Below, piece after piece: positions 27,852-35,860 of a DNA stretch of 53,742 nucleotides. Positions within the stretch are counted from its first letter, which is position 1. Every line of letters starts with the position of its first letter. Both the position numbers and the translations under genes were made by a program. The stretch lies in the NCBI GenBank assembly GCA_038520555.1, contig JBCBLB010000001.1, positions 1 through 53,742 of the forward strand, given 5' to 3'. This DNA is from Myxococcota bacterium (GTDB lineage: Bacteria > Myxococcota_A > UBA796). A model generated the notes under the pieces. The model was not told where the DNA came from. It did not search any database and saw nothing but the letters and a program-made list of their open reading frames with translations.

Positions 27852-28496
27852 TCAGACGGTGATGTTCATGGTGCCGACGATTTCGTCACCATCGTTCAGA
27901 TCAGCGACGATTCGGGCGACATCGAACCAGGAATCATTTTCGTTGTATGGATCGTTGGCGAAGTACAGTTGTGTGGTCAGGCGCTCTTGTCCATTGACCC
28001 AGACTTTGAGGTGGATGTGTGCAGGGCGGTACTCGGCACCATTGAGGTAGCGTCCCGGGACGATGGTCTGGAACTGGTAGCGGCCATCGGCGTCAGTGGC
28101 GACCTGCCCGCGATATCGGTGCTCAATTGTGTCGTTGTCGTAGCCGCCTGCGGCGTCCGCGTGCCAGATCTCGACAACCGCGCCCTCCAACGGAGCGCAG
28201 GCTTCATCGGTGATCTGTCCATCGAAGGTCAATCGTTGAGCGTCCTCATTGTAGAGGTCCAGGTTCGATCGAATGGGAACGTCTTCACGGTAAAAAGGAC
28301 CTTCGATGTCCTCATCGGTCAAGTCGCATTCATCTCCGACCGTGCCGCTATCGTCTGGTTCTTCAGTCTCATCGCTCTCATCGTCGAAGGCGTCGCCGGT
28401 ATCGGTGAACGTCCCTGTGGATGGTTCTTCTCCAGGGACACATCCCACCAGCAGCGTTGCGGTCAGTCCTTTCAGGATCACCCGTCGTGTGGTCAT
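27852..28496 (-). CDS. Intradiol ring-cleavage dioxygenase-family protein, Tat signal plus lipobox
   Basis: MTTRRVILKGLTATLLVGC starts at ATG 28496. After an acidic linker come IEGPFY, VEIWHADAAGGYD, RGQVATDADGRYQFQTIVPGRY and RPAHIHLKV. Confidence 0.85.
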   Translation of the reverse strand: MTTRRVILKGLTATLLVGCVPGEEPSTGTFTDTGDAFDDESDETEEPDDSGTVGDECDLTDEDIEGPFYREDVPIRSNLDLYNEDAQRLTFDGQITDEACAPLEGAVVEIWHADAAGGYDNDTIEHRYRGQVATDADGRYQFQTIVPGRYLNGAEYRPAHIHLKVWVNGQERLTTQLYFANDPYNENDSWFDVARIVADLNDGDEIVGTMNITV

Positions 28497-28698
28497 GGCT
28501 TTGCTCCAGGCAGCAGGCACACCTCAAGGTATCCAACCGGTCGCAATCGTGTATACGCTTCTTTCGGATGGGATTGTCCGCGCCTTCCGAACGGATTATA
28601 TTTAACTTCAATCTTTATATATATGAAAAATATCAGCTGGTGAGGTGGATGTACGTCTTGTCACTGTGACGCCAGTCCAGACGAAGCAGGCCAACGCT

Positions 28699-28830
28699 CT
28701 ACTCATCGGTCGGCACGCCATTGATCAAAAAATGTTCACGAAGCAGGCCTTCTTTTTGGAACCCAATTCGCTGTAGAATTCCATATGAAGCCATATTTTC
28801 GGATGCGACCATGGCCGTGAGCTTCTGCAT
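28699..28830 (-). pseudogene. C-terminal remnant of a GNAT (RimJ/RimL-type) N-acetyltransferase
   Basis: The minus-strand frame reads MQKLTAMVASENMASYGILQRIGFQKEGLLREHFLINGVPTDE*, the typical last ~43 aa of an Acetyltransf_3 protein. No N-terminal two-thirds exists: the frame hits the stop of the upstream gene at 28900. It sits in a low-GC patch and is below the ORF-track size cutoff. Confidence 0.6.
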
Positions 28831-28899
28831 GATGACGCCTACCGGCTCTCCACCGTCCTGGAGGCCGGCCACCGTCGGCGTGCGCCGGCTGCGATGGAT

Positions 28900-29532
28900 T
28901 CAGAAGGCGACGGCTTCCAGGTTTACTGAGGGGATGAATCCGGATCCGTCGCGTTCGAAGACGTCATCCGCATCGTCGCTGATGTAACCGTCGAGGACGA
29001 TGCTGGCGCCCAGGTTGAATCCGGGGGCAAGCGGCTTGAGCCACCCGATGGCCGCTGAGCCCCCTGCGCCGCTGCTGCCCGCCCCTGCGGAGAGGTGCTG
29101 GACATAGGTTCCGCCCACGCCCACCCGAACAAACAGGTCACCTGGCAGCATCGGTTGAACGAACAGCTGGACGACCGGCCCGATCAGGGCACCGTCATCT
29201 TCGAACGAGGTGGCTTGCAGCTGGGCGTCATCGGTGTAGCGACCGGCGCCAATGACGCCGCCAAACTCAATGCCCACGATCACCCCCCGGGCGATGGTGC
29301 CGCCGAACTGCATCCGCGTCCGTACCACGCCGCCGCGCCAGGTCTCGGTGCCCTGCGCGGTGCCATCGAGGCGCGTGTAGTCCTCTTCAGCGAAGAAGTA
29401 GCCGGCCCCCACGGCACCGCTCAGGTACGCTCCCCGACGCTCCCGCAGCGGCTTCGGCTCCTGGGCCGGGGCCGCTGTGCTCCAGAGCATGCCGCATCCG
29501 ACGACCCACACCCATCCACCTCTCCGCATCAT
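28900..29532 (-). CDS. Putative outer-membrane beta-barrel protein
   Basis: It has a signal peptide ending AAPAQE, Gly/aromatic-rich alternating strands and a terminal ...NLEAVAF. Confidence 0.65.
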   Translation of the reverse strand: MMRRGGWVWVVGCGMLWSTAAPAQEPKPLRERRGAYLSGAVGAGYFFAEEDYTRLDGTAQGTETWRGGVVRTRMQFGGTIARGVIVGIEFGGVIGAGRYTDDAQLQATSFEDDGALIGPVVQLFVQPMLPGDLFVRVGVGGTYVQHLSAGAGSSGAGGSAAIGWLKPLAPGFNLGASIVLDGYISDDADDVFERDGSGFIPSVNLEAVAF

Positions 29533-29612
29533 CTCCCCACCTGCCTGCGCTCTGGGTGACAGGGTACCAGGAACACCGCATCCATTCTGCGACGTTGGTT
29601 ACATGGGAGGAC

Positions 29613-31235
29613 ATGGATATCCGAGTCGAGGCGTTGCGTCGTCTGCTCAACAACAGAGACACCACCATCCAGGAGCAGGGGTTTGAGTTGCTCCTCGCAT
29701 CCGACGATCCCGAATTGTTCTCTCACCTTCTCGCCACGTTTACGTTGGATGCGTCCGGCCACCTGTACGATGTCCGCGGTGAGGGCGGCAACTATCCTAT
29801 CCGTGTTCTCCTCAACGCCCCTCCAGGGACGGTGCTCCCTCGCGCTCTGAAAAGGGCGAGCCTCAGGCTCAGGGTCCGCTGGCCGCTATCACCGAAGGAG
29901 GTGTCCGCGCTGATGGCCCTCCCAAATTTGACGACCCTGACCGTCCGCGCGAGCGCGTTGACGGTGTTGAATGGGCTTGAGGGCCTCACCAATCTGCGCA
30001 CCCTGCACCTGGCACAGACTGTCGCCGTACGTCTCTCCCCGACCGGGGTCGGACGGATGAACCGGCTCCACACCCTGGAGTGCCGAATCCTTCCATTGGG
30101 GATTGAGCGCCTGTACAGATTAAAGAAGCTAATTATGAAAGGTGCGGTCGGGAACCTGACACCGTTGGCTTCGCTCCCCAGGCTGGAGACGCTGGAGATA
30201 CATCACCGGGGAGCTAACCAATCGTTCGCTGACCTGAAGGAAACGCACAGCCTGCGCAGGCTCACCATCCGCGAGAGCCGTTTGACACAGTTGCCCGCTT
30301 CCATCCTCAGCCTGACGATGCTCGAAGCGCTTGATCTGGAGGGAAATCGGCTGACCGCGCTGCCCCCGGAGATCGGAACGTTACAGGCGCTGCAGACACT
30401 GTCGCTCGATCGCAACCCGCTCGAATCCCTGCCAGACACCATCGGCGCGTTGACCGGACTGGAGCGCTTCTCTGCCGAGTTTACACAGCTAAGAGCCCTC
30501 CCGAACAGCATCGGGCAGCTGAAGGCCATGCGGGTGCTTCGGCTGGGACACAATCGCCTGCAGACGCTGCCAAAGACCATCATCGGTTTGGAATGTCTGG
30601 AAGCCCTCTTCTTATCTGACAATGATCTGCGAACCCTTCCATTTGGCAACGTATCACCAACGCTGCGGATTCTCCATCTCAACGAAAATCGCTTTGATCA
30701 CATCCCGCTCACTTTGTTGATGTCACCGCTGCGCGAGCTCCGGATGGCCAACAATCGCATCTCATCGCTTGCTAAAATACACACTCTGAATACGACGCTT
30801 CGCCGACTGGATCTCAGCGGAAACCGTCTTCGGAATGTCCCGGAATGGATCCGATGCTTTGTGGGGCTGCATACCCTGAACCTGAAAGGCAACCGGCTCT
30901 CAAGGCTCCCAGACACGATCGGCGAATTGCAGAACCTCCGCAGCCTGAACCTGAGCAACACCCCGATCCGGATGTTTCCGTCCAGCCTGAGGAAGCTCCC
31001 GTTACAGTTCCTGAGCCTCAGCGGCGTGCTCTACGGTGAAGTTCCGGACTTTATCAAGGACCTCTCGACGCTTCGACAGCTGGAGCTGCGTGGCTGTGGC
31101 CTGCGAACGGCTCCCCGGGAGCTGGCCCGGCTGGTCAACCTCCAACAGCTCGATCTCCGAGACAACCCGCTCGATCCAGACACCACGCGCCAACAACTGG
31201 CTGCGTGGCTGCCCCATACAATCGTTCGGTTGTAA
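29613..31235 (+). CDS. Eukaryote-like leucine-rich-repeat protein (~17 x 23-residue LxxLxLxxNxLxxLPxxI repeats)
   Basis: GGGAGGA precedes ATG 29613. Repeats include LEALDLEGNRLTALPPEIGTLQA and LQTLSLDRNPLESLPDTIGALTG. There is no signal peptide and no extra catalytic domain. G+C is visibly lower than in flanking genes. Confidence 0.85.
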   Translation: MDIRVEALRRLLNNRDTTIQEQGFELLLASDDPELFSHLLATFTLDASGHLYDVRGEGGNYPIRVLLNAPPGTVLPRALKRASLRLRVRWPLSPKEVSALMALPNLTTLTVRASALTVLNGLEGLTNLRTLHLAQTVAVRLSPTGVGRMNRLHTLECRILPLGIERLYRLKKLIMKGAVGNLTPLASLPRLETLEIHHRGANQSFADLKETHSLRRLTIRESRLTQLPASILSLTMLEALDLEGNRLTALPPEIGTLQALQTLSLDRNPLESLPDTIGALTGLERFSAEFTQLRALPNSIGQLKAMRVLRLGHNRLQTLPKTIIGLECLEALFLSDNDLRTLPFGNVSPTLRILHLNENRFDHIPLTLLMSPLRELRMANNRISSLAKIHTLNTTLRRLDLSGNRLRNVPEWIRCFVGLHTLNLKGNRLSRLPDTIGELQNLRSLNLSNTPIRMFPSSLRKLPLQFLSLSGVLYGEVPDFIKDLSTLRQLELRGCGLRTAPRELARLVNLQQLDLRDNPLDPDTTRQQLAAWLPHTIVRL

Positions 31236-31306
31236 AAATCAATAAAAGCGTGGTTTACCGTACCCTTACGATATGGAGATACGCCGTCTTCTGGTCTGGA
31301 ACACGA

Positions 31307-32803
31307 TCAGCTCATTCGCCGGAACCGCGCCCGCAGGTCAGGATGCAGGTGCGGTGCGTTGGCCAGCAGCCGCGCATTGTCAGGTTGAATCCAGGTCCCC
31401 TCCACCTGAAAATCAAGCAACCGAGAGAGCATGCTGGATGTTGAGAGCGTCTCCAAGACGGCCTTCTCTTCGGGTTCCCATGCATTCTTCAGCCGTAGAA
31501 CCCGAACATAGGCGAGCGACTTCAACGCCGGCGCGCGGAGCCATGCGTTCAGCATCATCATGTTCAGCGACGCGGAAGGCACCTGGAGGGTATGCAGGGA
31601 AGAGAGCCGTTCATCCTTCGCCAGCGCCTGAACGGCCTCGCTGCTCATGTTGCCGTTGAGGTTCAGGGTCTCCAACCCCGCGATCGCGGGCCCCGCCATC
31701 AGCGCCTCCACGCGGCCGTCTTTGAGGTAGCCGGCGTTGAGCGAGAGGTGCTTGACCTTTGCCAGGTGAGGAGACGACAGCCATCCCCCCGCAAACATGC
31801 CGCGATCCCCCCTGACCGACAGGGTCTCGACCGATCCCAGCACCGCAGAGGCCCGTCCGGGCGGATAACTCCCGACCTCACCGACGCCGCCCAGCTGAAG
31901 GTCGAGGACGCGCAGCGAACGCAGCGGGCTGTCCATCAATGCGTTCCAGAACCGCTGCGAGTATACCGCCACCTGCATCTCGCGGAGGCTCTGCAACGCG
32001 GGCGCATCGAACATCCCGTCCAGGGGGTGCCCCTGCCAGCCCTCCAGACACAGCCGGAGCCGCTCCAACCGCAGCCCATCCGTCTGGAGGAAGCGTCGAA
32101 ATCCCCCTGGGGAGAGCTGTTCGTTGGTCACCCCATCCAGGCCGGTCAACGTCTTCCCCCGCGGGCTGGCGGCCAGCTCGTCCAGGAACGCATCGTCGAA
32201 CAGATATCCAGCGTGGCACAGGACCCGCAGGTTGGGGAGCCCCTCTCCATTCATCCAGGTCCGAAGGATCATCCTTGCTTTTTCTGCCTGACCACTGAGC
32301 GCCCAGGTGTGCACACCCGATAGCGAGGTGGACCGCGCGATGTGTTGGCCGGCCGCGGGCTCGATGACCGGGCCGAACAGCTCCGTCAACCCGGTGAAGC
32401 CCGCATCGGTGAGGTGCCTCGCGCCGTCCTCGGTCCAGTATGCCGAGAGGGCCGTCAGCTCCGGCCATGCCCCTTGAACCCACTCGGCGGCCTTCGCCGA
32501 GAGCGGAAAACAAAGGATGAGCCGACGAACCGAGAGGTCTGGCGTCTGGGTGGCTTCGCGCAGCTCCGCTTCGGTCTTCACCGTCATGGTGCGGATCAGC
32601 GGCCACAGCGGTCGCCCCCGGCGCTGCGGCGCGCGCAGCGCGTCCGGCCACGCCGACAGGCCCGCGATGGCTGTGTTGATGGCATCGTCGCGGCTGGATC
32701 TGGGCCAGCCCTTCAACAACTTGACCAGCAGCATCCACCGCCGCGCGTCTGGCAACGTGTCCGAGAGCAAGCGTCGTAACTCCCAAAACCGATCTCGTTT
32801 CAT
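31307..32803 (-). CDS. RNI-type leucine-rich-repeat protein (498 aa), paralogue of 3352..4101
   Basis: ATG start at 32803. It has irregular ~28-aa repeats. Its C-terminal tail HLHPDLRARFRRMS matches HLPYEIRARFQKS of the other gene. Confidence 0.75.
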   Translation of the reverse strand: MKRDRFWELRRLLSDTLPDARRWMLLVKLLKGWPRSSRDDAINTAIAGLSAWPDALRAPQRRGRPLWPLIRTMTVKTEAELREATQTPDLSVRRLILCFPLSAKAAEWVQGAWPELTALSAYWTEDGARHLTDAGFTGLTELFGPVIEPAAGQHIARSTSLSGVHTWALSGQAEKARMILRTWMNGEGLPNLRVLCHAGYLFDDAFLDELAASPRGKTLTGLDGVTNEQLSPGGFRRFLQTDGLRLERLRLCLEGWQGHPLDGMFDAPALQSLREMQVAVYSQRFWNALMDSPLRSLRVLDLQLGGVGEVGSYPPGRASAVLGSVETLSVRGDRGMFAGGWLSSPHLAKVKHLSLNAGYLKDGRVEALMAGPAIAGLETLNLNGNMSSEAVQALAKDERLSSLHTLQVPSASLNMMMLNAWLRAPALKSLAYVRVLRLKNAWEPEEKAVLETLSTSSMLSRLLDFQVEGTWIQPDNARLLANAPHLHPDLRARFRRMS

Positions 32804-32921
32804 ATGGGCACGCGAAACCGTTTCTCAAAAGCAGGTTGTTTGTGTTCCATTGACTGGTTCCATCTGGTGGCTATGGTGTCAGCGAACGACACCGATAGAC
32901 ATCGTGGGGGCCTTGTAAGCC

Positions 32922-33167
32922 ATGACAGAATCGGGATTGGGCACACATAACACCGACACAGAAGGTGACGTGCCCCGCTGCTCGCACGGGTTTGATCGGC
33001 ATCACTATATGGTCTCCCCGCTGCCAGAGTACACGACGTGGGCAGCCTTCTGGGTGACGGTGATGGGGGTCAGCGCCACCCCGATCCGGATCCGATTTCA
33101 GTGCCGGTTGTGCAAGGAAATCTTCGATATGACCGAAGATCCCGAAGAGCTGAAGAGCCTCCTGTAG
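32922..33167 (+). CDS. Small hypothetical Cys/His protein (81 aa), possible zinc-ribbon
   Basis: ATG start at 32922. It contains CSHG...HH and FQCRLCKEIF. Support is only ORF integrity and the Cys spacing. Confidence 0.35.
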   Translation: MTESGLGTHNTDTEGDVPRCSHGFDRHHYMVSPLPEYTTWAAFWVTVMGVSATPIRIRFQCRLCKEIFDMTEDPEELKSLL

Positions 33168-33277
33168 CCTCACTGCATCGGGCCTCATCGGCTGGACGTC
33201 GCACGTCGCACGTCGCACGCCGTACGGACAGCCAGGAGCGGCGTTACAACCCCAGGGGCTCTCTTTACGAGAAGAAC

Positions 33278-34480
33278 GTGAACCCTCGCATACTCCTCCT
33301 CGCCCTCGGTAACTTCTCGGTCGGTACGGGCATGTATGCATTTCTGGGCGTCCTGGGCGCGCTCGCGACCGATCTGACGGTGCCGGTCGGGCGGGCAGGC
33401 CAGCTTGCGACCGCCTTCGCGATCACCTTCGCCCTCACCGCGCCGATGCTCGTGCCTGCCACACGGCGGCTTGGGGCGAAGAACGTGCTGTTGGCGTCGC
33501 TGCTGGGGTTTGGGTTGTTGAACCTGCTCGGCGGTCTGGCGCCGCGCTTTTCGCTGTTGTTCTCGACGCGCATCGTCGGGGCGATCTGCGCATCGGTCTT
33601 CGCGCCGGTCGCTGGCGCGGTGGCGACGACGATGGTGGCGCCAGAAGATCGGGGCAAGGCCCTGGCAGCGGTGGTATCGGGGATGGTCATCGCCTTCGCG
33701 GCGGGCATCCCGCTGGGCACGTTTTTGGGCGGCGCGTTCGGCTGGCGGGCCACCTTTGTCTTCGCGGCGGTCTGCAACGTCATCGGCGCCATCGCGATCG
33801 GTGCAGGCATCCCCGCAACGGGCGCCCCGCCGCCCCAGAAGGCCTCGTTCGCGTTCCTGCGCCGTTGGGCGGTGCTCTCGAACCTGGTGATGGTGATGAT
33901 CGCCTTCGCCGGCGTATTTATGACCATCAGCTACGTCGGCCCGCTGCTGGGGGCGCTGACGGGCTTCCGCGAGAGCGGCATCGGCGCGCTGCAGATCTCC
34001 GTGGGCTTCGGCGGCGCGCTGGGCACGGTCGCCGGTGGCCTGCTCGCCGACCGACGTCCGACCGCCAGCACCCTCGCCGCCGCCTTCGCGCTCTGCGCCC
34101 TGAGCTTCCTGCCCTTCTCTGTGATCCCCACAGTGACCACGGCGGGCTCGACGCTGAGCATCCTGGGCTGCGCCGGGGCGTTGTTCTTCGGCAGCACCGC
34201 AGCGTTCTCGCTGGTGCCCATCTTACAGTTCCGGGTCGTCCGGGAGGCCCAGCACGAAGCACCGACCGCCCTGGCCTTCTACTTCGCCTTCTTCTACTTC
34301 GGCCAGGGCGTGGGCGCGGCCATCGGCGGGATCGTGGTGGAGGCGAGCGGGCTGGAGGGCCTGGGCACCGCCAGCGCGATCTGTATGGCCATCGGCGCAC
34401 TCGGCGCCGCCACCCTCGCCCCCGATCGGGCGCCGTCCCCAGCCGATGTGAACGTCAGCCCGGGAGCGGCGCACCGCTGA
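33278..34480 (+). CDS. MFS transporter (12-TM efflux-type)
   Basis: GTG 33278 (VNPRILLLALGNFSVGTGMYAF) is followed by serial hydrophobic helices and a loop-2/3-like motif (TRRLGAKNVLL). Confidence 0.85.
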   Translation: MNPRILLLALGNFSVGTGMYAFLGVLGALATDLTVPVGRAGQLATAFAITFALTAPMLVPATRRLGAKNVLLASLLGFGLLNLLGGLAPRFSLLFSTRIVGAICASVFAPVAGAVATTMVAPEDRGKALAAVVSGMVIAFAAGIPLGTFLGGAFGWRATFVFAAVCNVIGAIAIGAGIPATGAPPPQKASFAFLRRWAVLSNLVMVMIAFAGVFMTISYVGPLLGALTGFRESGIGALQISVGFGGALGTVAGGLLADRRPTASTLAAAFALCALSFLPFSVIPTVTTAGSTLSILGCAGALFFGSTAAFSLVPILQFRVVREAQHEAPTALAFYFAFFYFGQGVGAAIGGIVVEASGLEGLGTASAICMAIGALGAATLAPDRAPSPADVNVSPGAAHR

Positions 34481-34620
34481 GAGCGGTCTTCGACACCGGA
34501 GCGCCGACGGCATCGTTCTGAACCGTTCCGGTTCACCGCGTACGGAGCCGAAGCCCGACCCAGCAGATGACGAGGACTCCGGGCTAGCCCTTGAGCACGA
34601 TGCGAATGCCTGTGATGGCG

Positions 34621-34794
34621 CTACTCGGACGCTTCGGGCGTCTCACAGGTCCCTGCGTCATCGCCATCGGGCACATCACACGCCAGCCCCTCTTCACAGT
34701 CGTCGTCCACGTCACAGGCGTCGCCCTCAGCGCCCGGCGCACATCCGATCACCAAGGACAACCCTACTCCGATCAGGATCGCTCTGAACATCAT
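34621..34794 (-). CDS. 57-aa Cys-rich acidic lipoprotein (absent from the ORF track)
   Basis: My hand translation is MMFRAILIGVGLSLVIGCAPGAEGDACDVDDDCEEGLACDVPDGDDAGTCETPEASE*. AGGTGA lies ~7 nt upstream of the ATG. The signal peptide and lipobox (VIGC) are textbook, and four further Cys residues are present. Confidence 0.7.
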   Translation of the reverse strand: MMFRAILIGVGLSLVIGCAPGAEGDACDVDDDCEEGLACDVPDGDDAGTCETPEASE

Positions 34795-34948
34795 GTCTAC
34801 TCACCTACGGTTCACGTTCTGACTACGTTGTCCGGGCCAATCCCGGCACAGCCACATCGCCTGTAGCTACCTGAGACAGTGCCGCCTCCCGGCTCAACGG
34901 ATCAGATTTTCTACGCTCTCGTGAACGGCGGCCCGTTTCCCCGACGGC

Positions 34949-35749
34949 TCAGCGTTGAAACGCGCCCGTGCGGAACCAGTTGAGGAGGAGGTCGATGGCG
35001 TACTCGGCCTCTGCGGTCGAGGTCCCGCGATCGGTGAGGCTGGCCTCACCCAGGGTTTCGATGAGCCAATCGTAGAGTTCGGGCTCCTGTTCGGCGATGA
35101 TCGAGCCATAGCCGGCCAGCGTCCACTGGCTGAAGTACGTGAACAGCTCGTGCTCATTGGCGCCGGGGGCGACCACGCCGTCTGGAGCGAGCATCGCATT
35201 CCGCAGCGCCAGGGCCTCCGCGCGCACAGAGGGCTCCAGATCCCAGAGGATCAGGTGCAACAGCTCATGGCCGATCCCGAGATCCCACCGCTCCACCGAG
35301 TCATGGCGAATGGCGAGGGTCGGCGCGTAGCCTGCACCATCGAGTCCCCAGTACATCGCCAGCCCCTCGATCTGCGCCCAGTCCAGCCCCGCGTAGATTG
35401 GCCCGTCGAGATCGGGAAGCTGGGCCAGCGTCGCGCCAGGAGACGAGACCAGGATCGTGGTGTCTGCAAGCACCGGTGCGAATGAGGGCGCTGCGCTCAG
35501 GTTGAGGAGCGCCTGTTCAATCTGCTGAACCACCAGCGGCTCGGCGTCGGGGTACACCTCGATGGTCGCGCCGGTGAGCGAGGCGCACACCCGCCGTCCA
35601 TCTCTCCCCGCCTCGACCAGGACCGGCAGAGCCCCACAGCGCCCATCCATCTCTTCGTCCTGGCCGGTGTCTGCGATGTCAACCGGAGCATCACGGCTGG
35701 ATGGATGGGTCGCACATCCAATTGTGAGGCAGAGAACCATCGCGCGCAT
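34949..35749 (-). CDS. Lipoprotein with an HExxH motif (possible metallopeptidase-like)
   Basis: AGGAGG precedes ATG 35749. Lipobox LTIGC is present. The only catalytic-type motif is GIGHELLHLILWD. Confidence 0.7.
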   Translation of the reverse strand: MRAMVLCLTIGCATHPSSRDAPVDIADTGQDEEMDGRCGALPVLVEAGRDGRRVCASLTGATIEVYPDAEPLVVQQIEQALLNLSAAPSFAPVLADTTILVSSPGATLAQLPDLDGPIYAGLDWAQIEGLAMYWGLDGAGYAPTLAIRHDSVERWDLGIGHELLHLILWDLEPSVRAEALALRNAMLAPDGVVAPGANEHELFTYFSQWTLAGYGSIIAEQEPELYDWLIETLGEASLTDRGTSTAEAEYAIDLLLNWFRTGAFQR

Positions 35750-35860
35750 CGTCCCTCCTGCCTTCCGTTCTAAAGTGCGGTGAAGCCTTTGGGAGGTTTC
35801 GTTAACCGGTCGCACCCCTGGAACCGGGCCGGGTCGTGTGCTTCGAAGAAGATTTTGCGT

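Noticed and set aside
28721-28987. Plus-strand ORFs 28721..28987 and 34591..34866.
   Set aside because: Each is antisense to a better-supported minus-strand feature (the GNAT remnant and the 57-aa lipoprotein, respectively). Their composition is implausible.
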